In this document: piece after piece, positions 8,865 through 17,358 of the stretch | How the letters are laid out: the number at the start of each line of letters is the position of its first letter | How positions within the stretch are numbered: the first letter of the stretch is position 1 | Virus record (IMG/VR): IMGVR_UViG_3300012007_000007 | Location: 1 to 35,433 of that record | DNA length: 35,433 bases | DNA from: a virus | Taxonomy: Duplodnaviria; Heunggongvirae; Uroviricota; Caudoviricetes | Strand: one strand, 5' to 3' | Made by a program: the position numbers and the translations under genes | The notes under the pieces: generated by a model | Databases searched by the model: none | The model's input: only the letters and a program-made list of their open reading frames with translations | What the model was told of the DNA's origin: nothing

Positions 8865-10769
8865 ATGAGCAACGACAAGCAAAAACCGGGTTTCTGGGCA
8901 CAGAGCATCATGCACCCAGAACTCCCACCGACACCCGTGGACATCCCGCAGGGTCCAACCGAGTCCATATTCACCCCAAAGTTCATCAGGGCCCTCCAGA
9001 CTCTTACCGGCGCCATGCCGGCTCTCAACGTGGAAGCAAAGAACACCACGCTGGCCGACCTGATTTTCCGCCGCAAGGCCTTCCGGGAGGACATGTTCAG
9101 GTTGGCGTTACTCCTTTGCTCCACGGTAGCAGAGATGGTGGACAGGGAACGTAACCCAAGGCTGTTCGGGTTCATGCGGTTCACCAGGAACGTCCTGGCC
9201 CTGGAACAGCTCAGGCAGCATATAATATCGCACTTCTCCGTAAAGGGCGGCACCAACCTGGAAACATGGAACCAAATTGTGAAGGCCGTATGTGGCGACG
9301 ACAAGGTGGACATCGACTACGTTCCTCCCGGACTTGACCGTCTGGATACGCTGGTGATGCCGCTAGACTGCGTATCCATATCCGGCGACATCATGTACGC
9401 GATGTACGAATGCGACAGGGAAGGGAAGACCCTGGACATAACGGCGGGTATAATGGGAGGTACATTCATTCCCCCCGACATGGGATATACCGCCAAGTCG
9501 GTATTCAGGTACAGCCCGGAAATACAGATTGTCGAGGAGGAGAATCAGCCGCTGCAGGCAATCCGTGGAGACGATGGGAAGGACTGGTACTGGCTCCAGG
9601 TATTCGAGATAAAGGGAAAGGACCTGGTCAGGTCGGATGTCAAGGGTTACCTGGTATTCAAACTCCTCCGTCTAAAGAACGAGGAGTCCAGCAAGAAGAT
9701 TACACCGTTGTTCATGACGGTCGACTTGATTGTCCAGAATCCGGTCAAGGATAGCTCTCCTACCGACGGCTATATGGCCCCGAAGTACATTAACCCGTCA
9801 TTATTCGACAGCAACTCGCTTAACCCGTCATTCGACAGCAACTCACTCACCGTGGAATGGCGTCCAATATCGAACGCCCTGCAGAAGACACTGAAGTACA
9901 GCATGTTCGACCCGAGGCACAGCATCATTAACGCCACTTTAACTTACGGCGGTAATGACGGGATGTTCTTCCGCCGTCCGATGAAGTTTTCGGGTCAGGA
10001 CTGCGTCCATGCGATGCGGGAATACGACACGATACGTGACGGAATCAAGAAGTGCATGGACAAGGGAATCAACCGCGGATACGCCTTCGTCGGCGCTCCG
10101 GGTACCGGCAAGACAATAATGATGAACCAGCTCGTCAACGAGTTCCTGGACTACCCGGTAATTCATTTCAGAATAACGGCACTGATGGACAGCGTCACGC
10201 CACAATTCAACGCAGCTTCATCCGAACCCGTCATGAGCATGACGGAAAGAATAGTCGGAATCATGTCATCACTGAAGGGTGCAGGGTTCAACAAGGTATT
10301 CCTGTGCTGCGACGACATCGACTCCACAGACCTGTCCGAGAAGAACAGCAGTGTGGAGAAAATCATTTCCCTGATGGACACTCTGCACTACATGACCGCT
10401 TTGCCCACCGTAATCTTCATGACCACCATCAACGACCCGGCTTCGATACATTCAACGATAATCAAGCGCGGACAACGGATAGACGAGGTCATCGAGGTAC
10501 CGTACCCTGATGCCGGCACAATTAAGCGTCTTATAAACAAGGTCAAACTTGCCGATGACCCGACCGACTACGAGGACTTGAAATACAAGGAAGCCATCGA
10601 TAAGATGGTCGAGCACAACTTTACGCTCGCCGACCTATCAACTCTGATGGCCAACATGCAGATTTACTGCACTCCTGAAGAGGACGGCACTTACTGCCCG
10701 GCAGACCTGGGCAAGGCCCTCGACAAGATTCTCTCCAGCAGGGAGAACGCGTCGAAGACCTACGAGTAG
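8865..10769 (+). CDS. AAA+ ATPase with long N-terminal region
   Basis: Walker A GAPGTGKT, Walker B LCCDDID, sensor TTIND, Arg-finger region KRGQRID. Confidence 0.88.
   Translation: MSNDKQKPGFWAQSIMHPELPPTPVDIPQGPTESIFTPKFIRALQTLTGAMPALNVEAKNTTLADLIFRRKAFREDMFRLALLLCSTVAEMVDRERNPRLFGFMRFTRNVLALEQLRQHIISHFSVKGGTNLETWNQIVKAVCGDDKVDIDYVPPGLDRLDTLVMPLDCVSISGDIMYAMYECDREGKTLDITAGIMGGTFIPPDMGYTAKSVFRYSPEIQIVEEENQPLQAIRGDDGKDWYWLQVFEIKGKDLVRSDVKGYLVFKLLRLKNEESSKKITPLFMTVDLIVQNPVKDSSPTDGYMAPKYINPSLFDSNSLNPSFDSNSLTVEWRPISNALQKTLKYSMFDPRHSIINATLTYGGNDGMFFRRPMKFSGQDCVHAMREYDTIRDGIKKCMDKGINRGYAFVGAPGTGKTIMMNQLVNEFLDYPVIHFRITALMDSVTPQFNAASSEPVMSMTERIVGIMSSLKGAGFNKVFLCCDDIDSTDLSEKNSSVEKIISLMDTLHYMTALPTVIFMTTINDPASIHSTIIKRGQRIDEVIEVPYPDAGTIKRLINKVKLADDPTDYEDLKYKEAIDKMVEHNFTLADLSTLMANMQIYCTPEEDGTYCPADLGKALDKILSSRENASKTYE
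9791..9848 (+). repeat. in-frame imperfect tandem duplication (NPSLFDSNSL/NPSFDSNSL)
   Basis: taacccgtcattattcgacagcaactcgct followed by taacccgtcattcgacagcaactcact. Confidence 0.85.
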
Positions 10770-10791
10770 CCTACATCATCTAGAATAAACT

Positions 10792-10818
10792 AATCCACCG
10801 GGAGGTTCCCGGTGGATT
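10792..10818. terminator. 12-bp hairpin, probable bidirectional terminator or RBS-sequestering stem
   Basis: aatccaccggga-ggt-tcccggtggatt between convergent genes. Confidence 0.75.
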
Positions 10819-10976
10819 TCTTCGTTGTATATGTAGAATCCGGCAAGACCGGCACGTGCACGGTATGTAACGAGCGTTACGATATCCTGGAAATTTCCCG
10901 GGAAGTACGCAGGGAGCACCCGGGAATAGACGTAAGGTGCATTATCCCCACGACACAGTCACCATCGCCTCGGTGA
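10812..10976 (+). CDS. candidate 54-aa CxxC protein (not in ORF track)
   Basis: GGAGG RBS, GTG start, MDFFVVYVESGKTGTCTVCNERY...; ATAAACT at 10785. Confidence 0.4.
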   Translation: MDFFVVYVESGKTGTCTVCNERYDILEISREVRREHPGIDVRCIIPTTQSPSPR

Positions 10977-11451
10977 ACCGCTTCGTCTGTTCGACAAGCT
11001 GCCGTGTCTGCGCGTCCATGTTGATGTCGAGGGTGGACGGCAGTTCGAGCTCGGTGTATTCAATCTTGAATCCTTCCTTCGCCATCAGCGCATACGACTC
11101 CTTCTGTGCAAGGTACAGCTTCTCCAGGTACTCGTCAGCATCCTCGCCCTGGGGGATGGACATTGCCTGTTTGTTTGCCTTGAAGAACTCCCGGGTGAAA
11201 ATCTTGTCCTGGTAGGACAGGTGGCCTGACTCGGCCATTTCCTTGGCCCGTTCCATTGCGTCGTGTGCATAACGTTCGGCAAGGGAACGGTTCCTTACGC
11301 TCATAGCCAGCTCCCTGAGCCTGTCCGCCATGGTAGGCATCGCCGCGCTAAGAAGCATGCCCTCATTTCCTGGCGCATTCATCTTTCCTTCAACCATCCT
11401 GGAAACGATTGGCTTCCCGGACAAATCCAGTATGTTGCTCTTTTCTGACAT
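10942..11451 (-). CDS. hypothetical protein
   Basis: AAGGAG RBS; 169-aa ORF. Confidence 0.75.
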   Translation of the reverse strand: MSEKSNILDLSGKPIVSRMVEGKMNAPGNEGMLLSAAMPTMADRLRELAMSVRNRSLAERYAHDAMERAKEMAESGHLSYQDKIFTREFFKANKQAMSIPQGEDADEYLEKLYLAQKESYALMAKEGFKIEYTELELPSTLDINMDAQTRQLVEQTKRFTEAMVTVSWG

Positions 11452-11471
11452 GTTGTCTCCTTGTCTTTTGT

Positions 11472-11487
11472 ATAAACTATAGAAAAA
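11472..11487. promoter_or_regulatory. overlapping divergent motifs: ATAAACT (+) and TTTTTCTATAGTT (-)
   Basis: Both promoter classes interlocked in a 54-nt divergent gap. Confidence 0.55.
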
Positions 11488-11505
11488 TATCCGAGCGGGG
11501 TCAAT

Positions 11506-11784
11506 ATGCCGAAGATTACCAACAGGGTGCTCACCGCGCCCAACCAGGGCCTGGACGATACCAGGAAGACGAACGCCCGCGCCAACATCGACGCGCTGAA
11601 GAAGATTTCCGGCCAGGAGAACAACATCGTTATAATCGGCAAGAACGGCGAAGCGAAGGATTCCGGCCGCACCATCAGCACGTACATACCGGACGTCCCG
11701 GACAACAAGCAGTACGTGCTGGCCGCCGACAACGGGGCATCCAAGTGGAGCAAGATGACATTCGTGGATGACCCGGTGCCGTAG
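11506..11784 (+). CDS. small putative structural protein
   Basis: ATAAACT upstream; NARANIDA resembles the ARxNIG repeat of phage tail/fibre proteins. Confidence 0.55.
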   Translation: MPKITNRVLTAPNQGLDDTRKTNARANIDALKKISGQENNIVIIGKNGEAKDSGRTISTYIPDVPDNKQYVLAADNGASKWSKMTFVDDPVP

Positions 11785-11792
11785 TGGATTTT

Positions 11793-11805
11793 CTTTGCTA
11801 TATTA
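11793..11805 (+). promoter_or_regulatory. class I promoter motif (CTTTGCTATATTA)
   Basis: Motif variant followed by the hairpin ggcacggg-gaat-cccgtgtc. Confidence 0.65.
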
Positions 11806-11859
11806 CAGGCACGGGGAATCCCGTGTCTTTTCTAATTTGCAAAGGAGGCAAACACACTC

Positions 11860-12138
11860 ATGAATACAGAAACTATCAGCAAGCTGGAGAAAGAACTCCG
11901 CGACGCATACGACAAGGCCAACCGGGCGGAGAACGAATACAGGCAGGCAAAGGCCCAGTTGTTCCTCGACCTGTCCATGCCCAAGGACGGCACCAAGAAG
12001 CCGACCGAGGCAGTCATCCTATCGACGATAGACGTGGACCAGAAGGTTTCCGAACTGCGTGTTGCCAACGCAGCTGCGCAGGCCGACCTCGACGTACGGA
12101 AGATGGTGTTCAAGGCCCTCACTTTCGCCAATGACTAA
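11860..12138 (+). CDS. coiled-coil protein, possibly UvsY-like recombination mediator
   Basis: AAGGAGG RBS; helical with KPTEAVILSTIDVD; family call is weak. Confidence 0.45.
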   Translation: MNTETISKLEKELRDAYDKANRAENEYRQAKAQLFLDLSMPKDGTKKPTEAVILSTIDVDQKVSELRVANAAAQADLDVRKMVFKALTFAND

Positions 12139-12898
12139 GTACATCAGTTCCGATACTACCGTGTTCGGCTACCTGCTCCCGGAAGGAGTCCGCACCTCCC
12201 GTGTCGAGCTGTACGCTAGGTTCCTTTCGTCAGACCCTTCGGCCACTATAGTCCCGCTGCATGCCAGGGAAACCTGCCTGGAGTCCGCCATCCACAACGT
12301 GAGGACCGGGCTCGTCAGGGGATACTGCATCGACCCCGCGTTCTACATGATGGTCGAACCCTATGTCGATGTCATATCGCAGGAAGCCGCGGTGGCCAAC
12401 GTGGTCGATACGGTGTCGGTCGACCCGAAGACAGGGGCGGTTGTCGGCGACTGCATGGGCGTAGCGGCATTCCGCTCGGTTACTAGCCGGTTCCTATCCG
12501 GCGTGAAGGACCCGATAGCTCTCCTGTACGGAAGCGACTGGGAAGCGAGGATAGGAATGACCGCCATGTCCGGAATGGTGACCCTGATGAAGGTCAATTC
12601 GCCCGGTAACCCGGAGCTTGATTCCATCGGTACCGGCTGCGTTGTCGAGTACAACGAGTCGGGCGAAGCAATCGACTCCGGGCCGTTCGACATCCTGGTG
12701 AATCCGCCGGATAGAGTCGGTACGCTCGGCCACCAGTTCTCGATTGGCATGTCGTGTGGTAAGGACACCAGCGTCGGGCCTGCCGGGTTCGAGGCGCTCC
12801 GCCTCGCCTACACCGTCGGCAAGTTCATGGGGCTTCCCGGTGGCGACGAGGGGAAGGTCGCGGCGGAATACGCCAAAAAATTGAACGACAGCATATAA
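12131..12898 (+). CDS. degenerate shikimate-dehydrogenase-like fold protein
   Basis: DTTVFGYL, AAVANVVDTV, ALLYG layout resembles AroE; catalytic and GxGG motifs absent. Confidence 0.45.
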   Translation: MTKYISSDTTVFGYLLPEGVRTSRVELYARFLSSDPSATIVPLHARETCLESAIHNVRTGLVRGYCIDPAFYMMVEPYVDVISQEAAVANVVDTVSVDPKTGAVVGDCMGVAAFRSVTSRFLSGVKDPIALLYGSDWEARIGMTAMSGMVTLMKVNSPGNPELDSIGTGCVVEYNESGEAIDSGPFDILVNPPDRVGTLGHQFSIGMSCGKDTSVGPAGFEALRLAYTVGKFMGLPGGDEGKVAAEYAKKLNDSI

Positions 12899-12990
12899 AC
12901 ACGACTATCGGAACGGACACGCCTCTACCCTGCGTATTGACGAGGGCACGCGCACCAGGTCCGTTTCTTTTTTTATATAGCGCCAGCTAG

Positions 12991-12997
12991 ATAAACT
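12991..12997 (+). promoter_or_regulatory. class II (late-like) promoter ATAAACT
   Basis: 7 nt before ATG 13005; same spacing at 17345 and 25532. Confidence 0.65.
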
Positions 12998-13004
12998 CCC
13001 GTAC

Positions 13005-14345
13005 ATGAACGGGAACATTCCATCTGATTCGGAAACAATCGCCGCACTGTACAGGGGATACCGGGTTCTCACCGAGGGGGCCGGGGAGGTCGATGCCGCC
13101 AAGTACGTATACGACCACGTGGTCCGTCCCGTAGGAGAATTCCTTTCGGACCCGGCGAACAAGGAACAGATTTACCAGATGATGAGTGACCCGGAAGACC
13201 GGGCGGTTGTCCACGACTTCACCGACGCTGACGGCAACCGGGAATGGACAGTCCGTTTCGTAAAGCTCGGAAACGGGGAATACAGGTACAGCCCCCGCTA
13301 CTACCAGGCGCAGAAGGTTATAAGCATCCCGCTGTACCCGTTCCTGGCAGGTACGTACCGGGCGACGCCAGGCATGAGCGAGCAGGCCAGGGAAAATGCA
13401 CGCCTGACACTGCTGTTCAAGGATGGCGTGCTCGCCGACAGCAGGAGAAACTTCAACCTTGCCCTGCTCAGGGCCTGGAACTTCCCGGGAGGTCCAGCCA
13501 ACGGGACCACCCTCAGGGACACCCTGCTGCACGAGGGAATCCACCTGTTCGACGACAGGTTCGCCCCTGACATGCAGATGGACGAGGAACACAAGTACCT
13601 TTCAAAGGAAGACCGCGAAGCCCAGGCCAGGATAGACAAGGCCGGTACTCTGTATGCACAGAACCAGCTCAAGAAGGACGAGGATACCAGGAAGCGCATG
13701 TTCCCTGCCTGGTACAGCCGTACCCGGTACGGGAAGAACGACATCAAGAAGATGTCGGAGTTCCGCCGGTCGTTCCCGGTCGAGGACCTCAAGCGGTATT
13801 CTGGCGAGACGGCCATTTCCAGGAATACCAACATGCCGACAAAGTGGGAAGGATATGACAATATCCGCAAGGCCGGCAACAAGTACCAATACTGGCTCAC
13901 AAACCACAGCAACATGGAGACAAGGGCATACCTGATGGAGCAGCTCCCTGTCCTGCTGGGAAAGAAGAAGCACGGTGTCCCGTACGACATCAATGCCGTA
14001 TCGCAGGAAATTGTCGACCATGTTTTCAATGTCCCCGAGCCAAAGGTCAAGCAGCCCCCTACCGACGAGTTCGGACACCATTCCGAGCAGGCATTCGAGT
14101 ATACCGACCCTATTGACCAGGATGCATGGCGGAAGAGGGTACAGGATGCCATCCTTCCCGATGCGAAGAGGAGCGTCGAGCGTCGTGCGAGGAACCTGGT
14201 GGCAGCTATAAACGCAATCGACCCTCCCGACGACATGACCATATCCGACAAGATGTCCCTGTTGAAGGACTACATGGACAGGATACACTCTGAATCGCAC
14301 CAGAAAAAACCACTTCATCCGCGCAATAATCGAGAAATGGAATAG
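13005..14345 (+). CDS. HExxH zinc-metallopeptidase-like protein, putative virion cargo
   Basis: LLHEGIHLFD and downstream NMETRAY; N-terminal leader AALYRGYRVLTEG. Confidence 0.6.
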   Translation: MNGNIPSDSETIAALYRGYRVLTEGAGEVDAAKYVYDHVVRPVGEFLSDPANKEQIYQMMSDPEDRAVVHDFTDADGNREWTVRFVKLGNGEYRYSPRYYQAQKVISIPLYPFLAGTYRATPGMSEQARENARLTLLFKDGVLADSRRNFNLALLRAWNFPGGPANGTTLRDTLLHEGIHLFDDRFAPDMQMDEEHKYLSKEDREAQARIDKAGTLYAQNQLKKDEDTRKRMFPAWYSRTRYGKNDIKKMSEFRRSFPVEDLKRYSGETAISRNTNMPTKWEGYDNIRKAGNKYQYWLTNHSNMETRAYLMEQLPVLLGKKKHGVPYDINAVSQEIVDHVFNVPEPKVKQPPTDEFGHHSEQAFEYTDPIDQDAWRKRVQDAILPDAKRSVERRARNLVAAINAIDPPDDMTISDKMSLLKDYMDRIHSESHQKKPLHPRNNREME

Positions 14346-14390
14346 TTTACTCCCTGTAAGGGCAACATAGCGCCCGCAAGGAGACTATTC

Positions 14391-14756
14391 ATGACACGCG
14401 TCCTGCCGCACATATACAAGGCGATGTACCTGTCCATCTTCATCGCCTTCGCACGCAAGATTATAGATAAGGTCAGCCTGCTGTTCGACGAGTGCGTCCC
14501 CATCGTAAACGAGGATGACGAGGACTGGTACGCAATCAGGCTATACCACAAGTTCTTCATATACAGCAACATATCCAAGCAGGCCGCGAGGAACCTGGCC
14601 ATGCAGATTTACAGGGAAGTCCCGGCACTCCGCGGGCATATCGAGGTTGTACAGCACGAGGACCCGTTGGAAACCCCGGTTTCCGAGGTCGGCGGTCTGT
14701 CCAAGGAAGAGCTCGACACCATCTACGACATTTTCTCCACGTTCGAGGAAGATTAG
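14391..14756 (+). CDS. N-terminal tag family protein
   Basis: IYKAMYLSIFIAFARKIIDKV; AAGGAG RBS. Confidence 0.8.
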   Translation: MTRVLPHIYKAMYLSIFIAFARKIIDKVSLLFDECVPIVNEDDEDWYAIRLYHKFFIYSNISKQAARNLAMQIYREVPALRGHIEVVQHEDPLETPVSEVGGLSKEELDTIYDIFSTFEED

Positions 14757-14773
14757 TTCAGCAGCGGAAACGG

Positions 14774-14800
14774 GAAAGGGCGGCCTCCGGCCGCCCTTTC
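14774..14800. terminator. bidirectional terminator hairpin
   Basis: gaaagggcggcc-tcc-ggccgccctttc between convergent genes. Confidence 0.8.
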
Positions 14801-14818
14801 TGTACATATGGAACGAGA

Positions 14819-15574
14819 CTAGATGCCGCTCCCTTCCTTCGCTCCGGAAATCCAGTCCAGTACCGGAAATTCCGGGAGGTCCCTGATGGTGCCGTCAATA
14901 TCCACCATCACGCGGGTTGTCAGGCCGTGAACCAGGTCGTCGAGTTCCACGGATACCTCGCTCCCGTCGTCGAGAAACACCGTACCGTTGAATCCGTACG
15001 GATACAGGTTGCGGTCCTGCATGAAGTTCAGTTCGGACAGATACGACGAGTGTTCCCTCTCGTCGCAGATTATCTTCATCCGGACACGTTCAGCGCCGCG
15101 GCAGCCCTCCACTATGCATACCGGCCTTTCCAGGAGTGCCCGGGAAACCTCCGCATTGACGTGCGGCTGCAGGTTCTTGAAGAACCGCCTCGTGTCCGCC
15201 GTAAGTACGTACCCGTCCACTTCCGGCTTCTCGTTGCCGAAACTGTCAGTGAACATGCTCCGGCAATACAGCCTGTCGACCTTGTACATGAGCCCCGGGA
15301 TGGCGACGGAGAACAGGTACAGCGATTTCTGTTTCTGGTACGGTACCATGCCAATCTCGTGGATTGGGTATTCGCGCGGGTTGAGTTCTATCCCGGTTTC
15401 CTCCCGGAGTTCCCGGAGTGCAGCAACCAGCGGAGTCTCCCCATCTTCCAGGTGGCCCTTGGGAATGTCGTACGACATCTCCGGGCCTCCCGGGCGGTCC
15501 GTGGGGTGGCATGCCAGTATTCCCCCGTTTTCCCGGTCAAATACGATAAATCCGCATGACAGTTCCTTAGGCAT
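14819..15574 (-). CDS. Nudix hydrolase with C-terminal extension
   Basis: Nudix box GHLEDGETPLVAALRELREETGI. Confidence 0.92.
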   Translation of the reverse strand: MPKELSCGFIVFDRENGGILACHPTDRPGGPEMSYDIPKGHLEDGETPLVAALRELREETGIELNPREYPIHEIGMVPYQKQKSLYLFSVAIPGLMYKVDRLYCRSMFTDSFGNEKPEVDGYVLTADTRRFFKNLQPHVNAEVSRALLERPVCIVEGCRGAERVRMKIICDEREHSSYLSELNFMQDRNLYPYGFNGTVFLDDGSEVSVELDDLVHGLTTRVMVDIDGTIRDLPEFPVLDWISGAKEGSGI

Positions 15575-15981
15575 CAGAACCCCATTTCCTTTGCCTCGTC
15601 CCTTGCCCGGCTAACGAGGTCAACATTTGCCTCGTAGCCGCGCATCGCCATGTCGAGCGCCTGCTGGTGAGGAAGGGTGATTTCCTTCACGGCATCCTCC
15701 CGGTCCATTCCAGGTACCTTCGCCTGCGCCCCGTTGATGACGTTCTCGGCGAGCTTCCTGCGGATGTAGGACGGGTCGCAGTCCGCCAGGCTCGCCTTGC
15801 GGATAGGAACGTTCATGTACGGGTTTCCTTTCGATGGGGTGGACTCGAACAGCGGCTTTGCCTTCCCGCACTTGCACTTGCAAGGCGTTGAGCGGACCTT
15901 GTCCCGAATCCTGACGATTGCCAGGACGATGATTCCGACGTATGCCGTAACATACAGTACCTTGAAGAACTTATCCTTCAT
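15574..15981 (-). CDS. membrane-anchored hypothetical protein
   Basis: GAGGAGG RBS; N-terminal TM helix then CKCKC. Confidence 0.7.
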   Translation of the reverse strand: MKDKFFKVLYVTAYVGIIVLAIVRIRDKVRSTPCKCKCGKAKPLFESTPSKGNPYMNVPIRKASLADCDPSYIRRKLAENVINGAQAKVPGMDREDAVKEITLPHQQALDMAMRGYEANVDLVSRARDEAKEMGF

Positions 15982-16837
15982 TTTTGCATTCCTCCTCGCC
16001 AAAGAGTTCCCTCATGGCTGGTTCAGTTTTAAAAATCGGGCCGACCCCGTCGAAGATGACCTGGTCCAGGTTTGCGATATCCCTGAACGGCGGCAGTTCC
16101 GGGTACTCGGTGACCGAGCGGACGCACGTGCCGCCCTCCCCGAAAATCTTCTCGATTACGTCAGGAGGGACGTTGCGGGACTTCATGTACTCCACGTCAA
16201 GCTGCACCTCTCGCACCTTGCGGAACGCGGTGAGTCCGTACTTGTCGCCGTAGGCGCACTTGTTCCAGTCAACTCCACGCTCCAGCATCATGGCCAGGCG
16301 CTCGTCGCTGTTCTTTCCCGCGAGTTCCCTGTTGGAGAACACGGTCCTAGCGACGTTGGAGATGGAGTTCTTTATCGCGTCCTTCTGGCGCCAGATAAGC
16401 ACCTTCAGTACGTCATCCTTGGTAACCCCGTAAGAGCGGGCGTCGAACGTGGCCAGCCTGTCTTCACGGTGCCTGCCGCTCGCCCGCAGGCTTTCGTTGA
16501 ATGCAGCGGTAGCAACGGACGCCGCTATCGAATCCAGCTTGTGGCACTTCCTGCCGAAAGGAACCTTGCGCGGGGCGATGACGACCGTTATCTCGTCGGA
16601 CTGTGTATAGACGACTACCGGGCAGAACTCCCCGATAAGAGCCTCCACGGCAGCCTTCATCGCATTCACTATGTCTTCGCAGAACGGCTTGTCCTTGCGC
16701 TTGTACGGCCTGGTGAACGTGTGGAAGGCACGCCCGTCGACACGGATGATGCAGTACTCGTCCTCCGGTATCACCATGTTGTAGGTATACGGGATTTCCA
16801 GCTTCTTGCAGTAATCACCCAAAGTCTCGCTGCTCAT
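15971..16837 (-). CDS. thg1: tRNA(His) guanylyltransferase Thg1 / Thg1-like 3'-5' polymerase
   Basis: IIRVDGRAFHTFT, YTQSDEIT, FDAR, WRQKDAIKNS; start ATG 16837 with GAGG RBS. Confidence 0.93.
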   Translation of the reverse strand: MSSETLGDYCKKLEIPYTYNMVIPEDEYCIIRVDGRAFHTFTRPYKRKDKPFCEDIVNAMKAAVEALIGEFCPVVVYTQSDEITVVIAPRKVPFGRKCHKLDSIAASVATAAFNESLRASGRHREDRLATFDARSYGVTKDDVLKVLIWRQKDAIKNSISNVARTVFSNRELAGKNSDERLAMMLERGVDWNKCAYGDKYGLTAFRKVREVQLDVEYMKSRNVPPDVIEKIFGEGGTCVRSVTEYPELPPFRDIANLDQVIFDGVGPIFKTEPAMRELFGEEECKNEG

Positions 16838-17007
16838 AGAATTACCTCGCGATTTCCTTTCCCGGTATACACCACTGGCTCCACGTCCCGTCGCATTTCC
16901 TTGCTCGCTGCAATCGACGCCTTCAGCCATGCTATGGTGCGGTCGATTCCGTACTCCGCCGCCAGCTCCAGGAGCTGGTCGATTTCCGATGTTGTTTCTA
17001 TTGGCAT
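16834..17007 (-). CDS. 57-aa helical protein (not in ORF track)
   Basis: AAGAGG RBS; MPIETTSEIDQLLELAAEYG...; ATGA overlap with thg1. Confidence 0.6.
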   Translation of the reverse strand: MPIETTSEIDQLLELAAEYGIDRTIAWLKASIAASKEMRRDVEPVVYTGKGNREVIL

Positions 17008-17071
17008 TTGTACCTCTTCTTGTAGAATTCCCGGTATATTCCGCCGGTTTTGGGGTCACGATATACTTCCA

Positions 17072-17308
17072 TCAGAATCCCTCCCTGAAATCGGGGGTGT
17101 CCGGAAGGTAGATTCCCGGGGCCGGTTCGTACAACGGCATGTTTTTCTTGTGGAATTCCCGTTCGATGTCCAGTCGCTTCCTGGCGTCGACTGCGCTCTG
17201 AAGGAGCTGCTTGGATGTCGTAAAGCCTAGCTCACGCACAAGCCCCATGATTTCTTCCATCGGTTCGTTACATGTTGGCGCCATATCATTCTCCAGTGCA
17301 GTGGACAT
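17072..17308 (-). CDS. hypothetical protein (leaderless)
   Basis: ATG 5 nt after class I motif. Confidence 0.7.
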   Translation of the reverse strand: MSTALENDMAPTCNEPMEEIMGLVRELGFTTSKQLLQSAVDARKRLDIEREFHKKNMPLYEPAPGIYLPDTPDFREGF

Positions 17309-17313
17309 GCCCC

Positions 17314-17326
17314 AAATATAGCAATT
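17314..17326 (-). promoter_or_regulatory. class I promoter motif
   Basis: AATTGCTATATTT-GGGGC-ATG on the minus strand. Confidence 0.75.
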
Positions 17327-17344
17327 TCCTTCCCATTCGACTGT

Positions 17345-17351
17345 ATAAACT
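17345..17351 (+). promoter_or_regulatory. class II promoter ATAAACT
   Basis: 7 nt before ATG 17359. Confidence 0.65.
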
Positions 17352-17358
17352 GGGTTTT

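Noticed and set aside
15971-17059. 362-aa extended Thg1 and other extended ORF-track starts (17272, 19457, 26451, 28689, 34114)
   Set aside because: Downstream starts fit RBS or promoter spacing and avoid overlap with real upstream genes.
15797-17230. 477-aa plus-strand ORF and other long antisense ORFs (13301..14251, 22174..23079, 28883..29638)
   Set aside because: Shadow frames of well-supported genes, caused by GC3-rich codon bias; no RBS or motifs.
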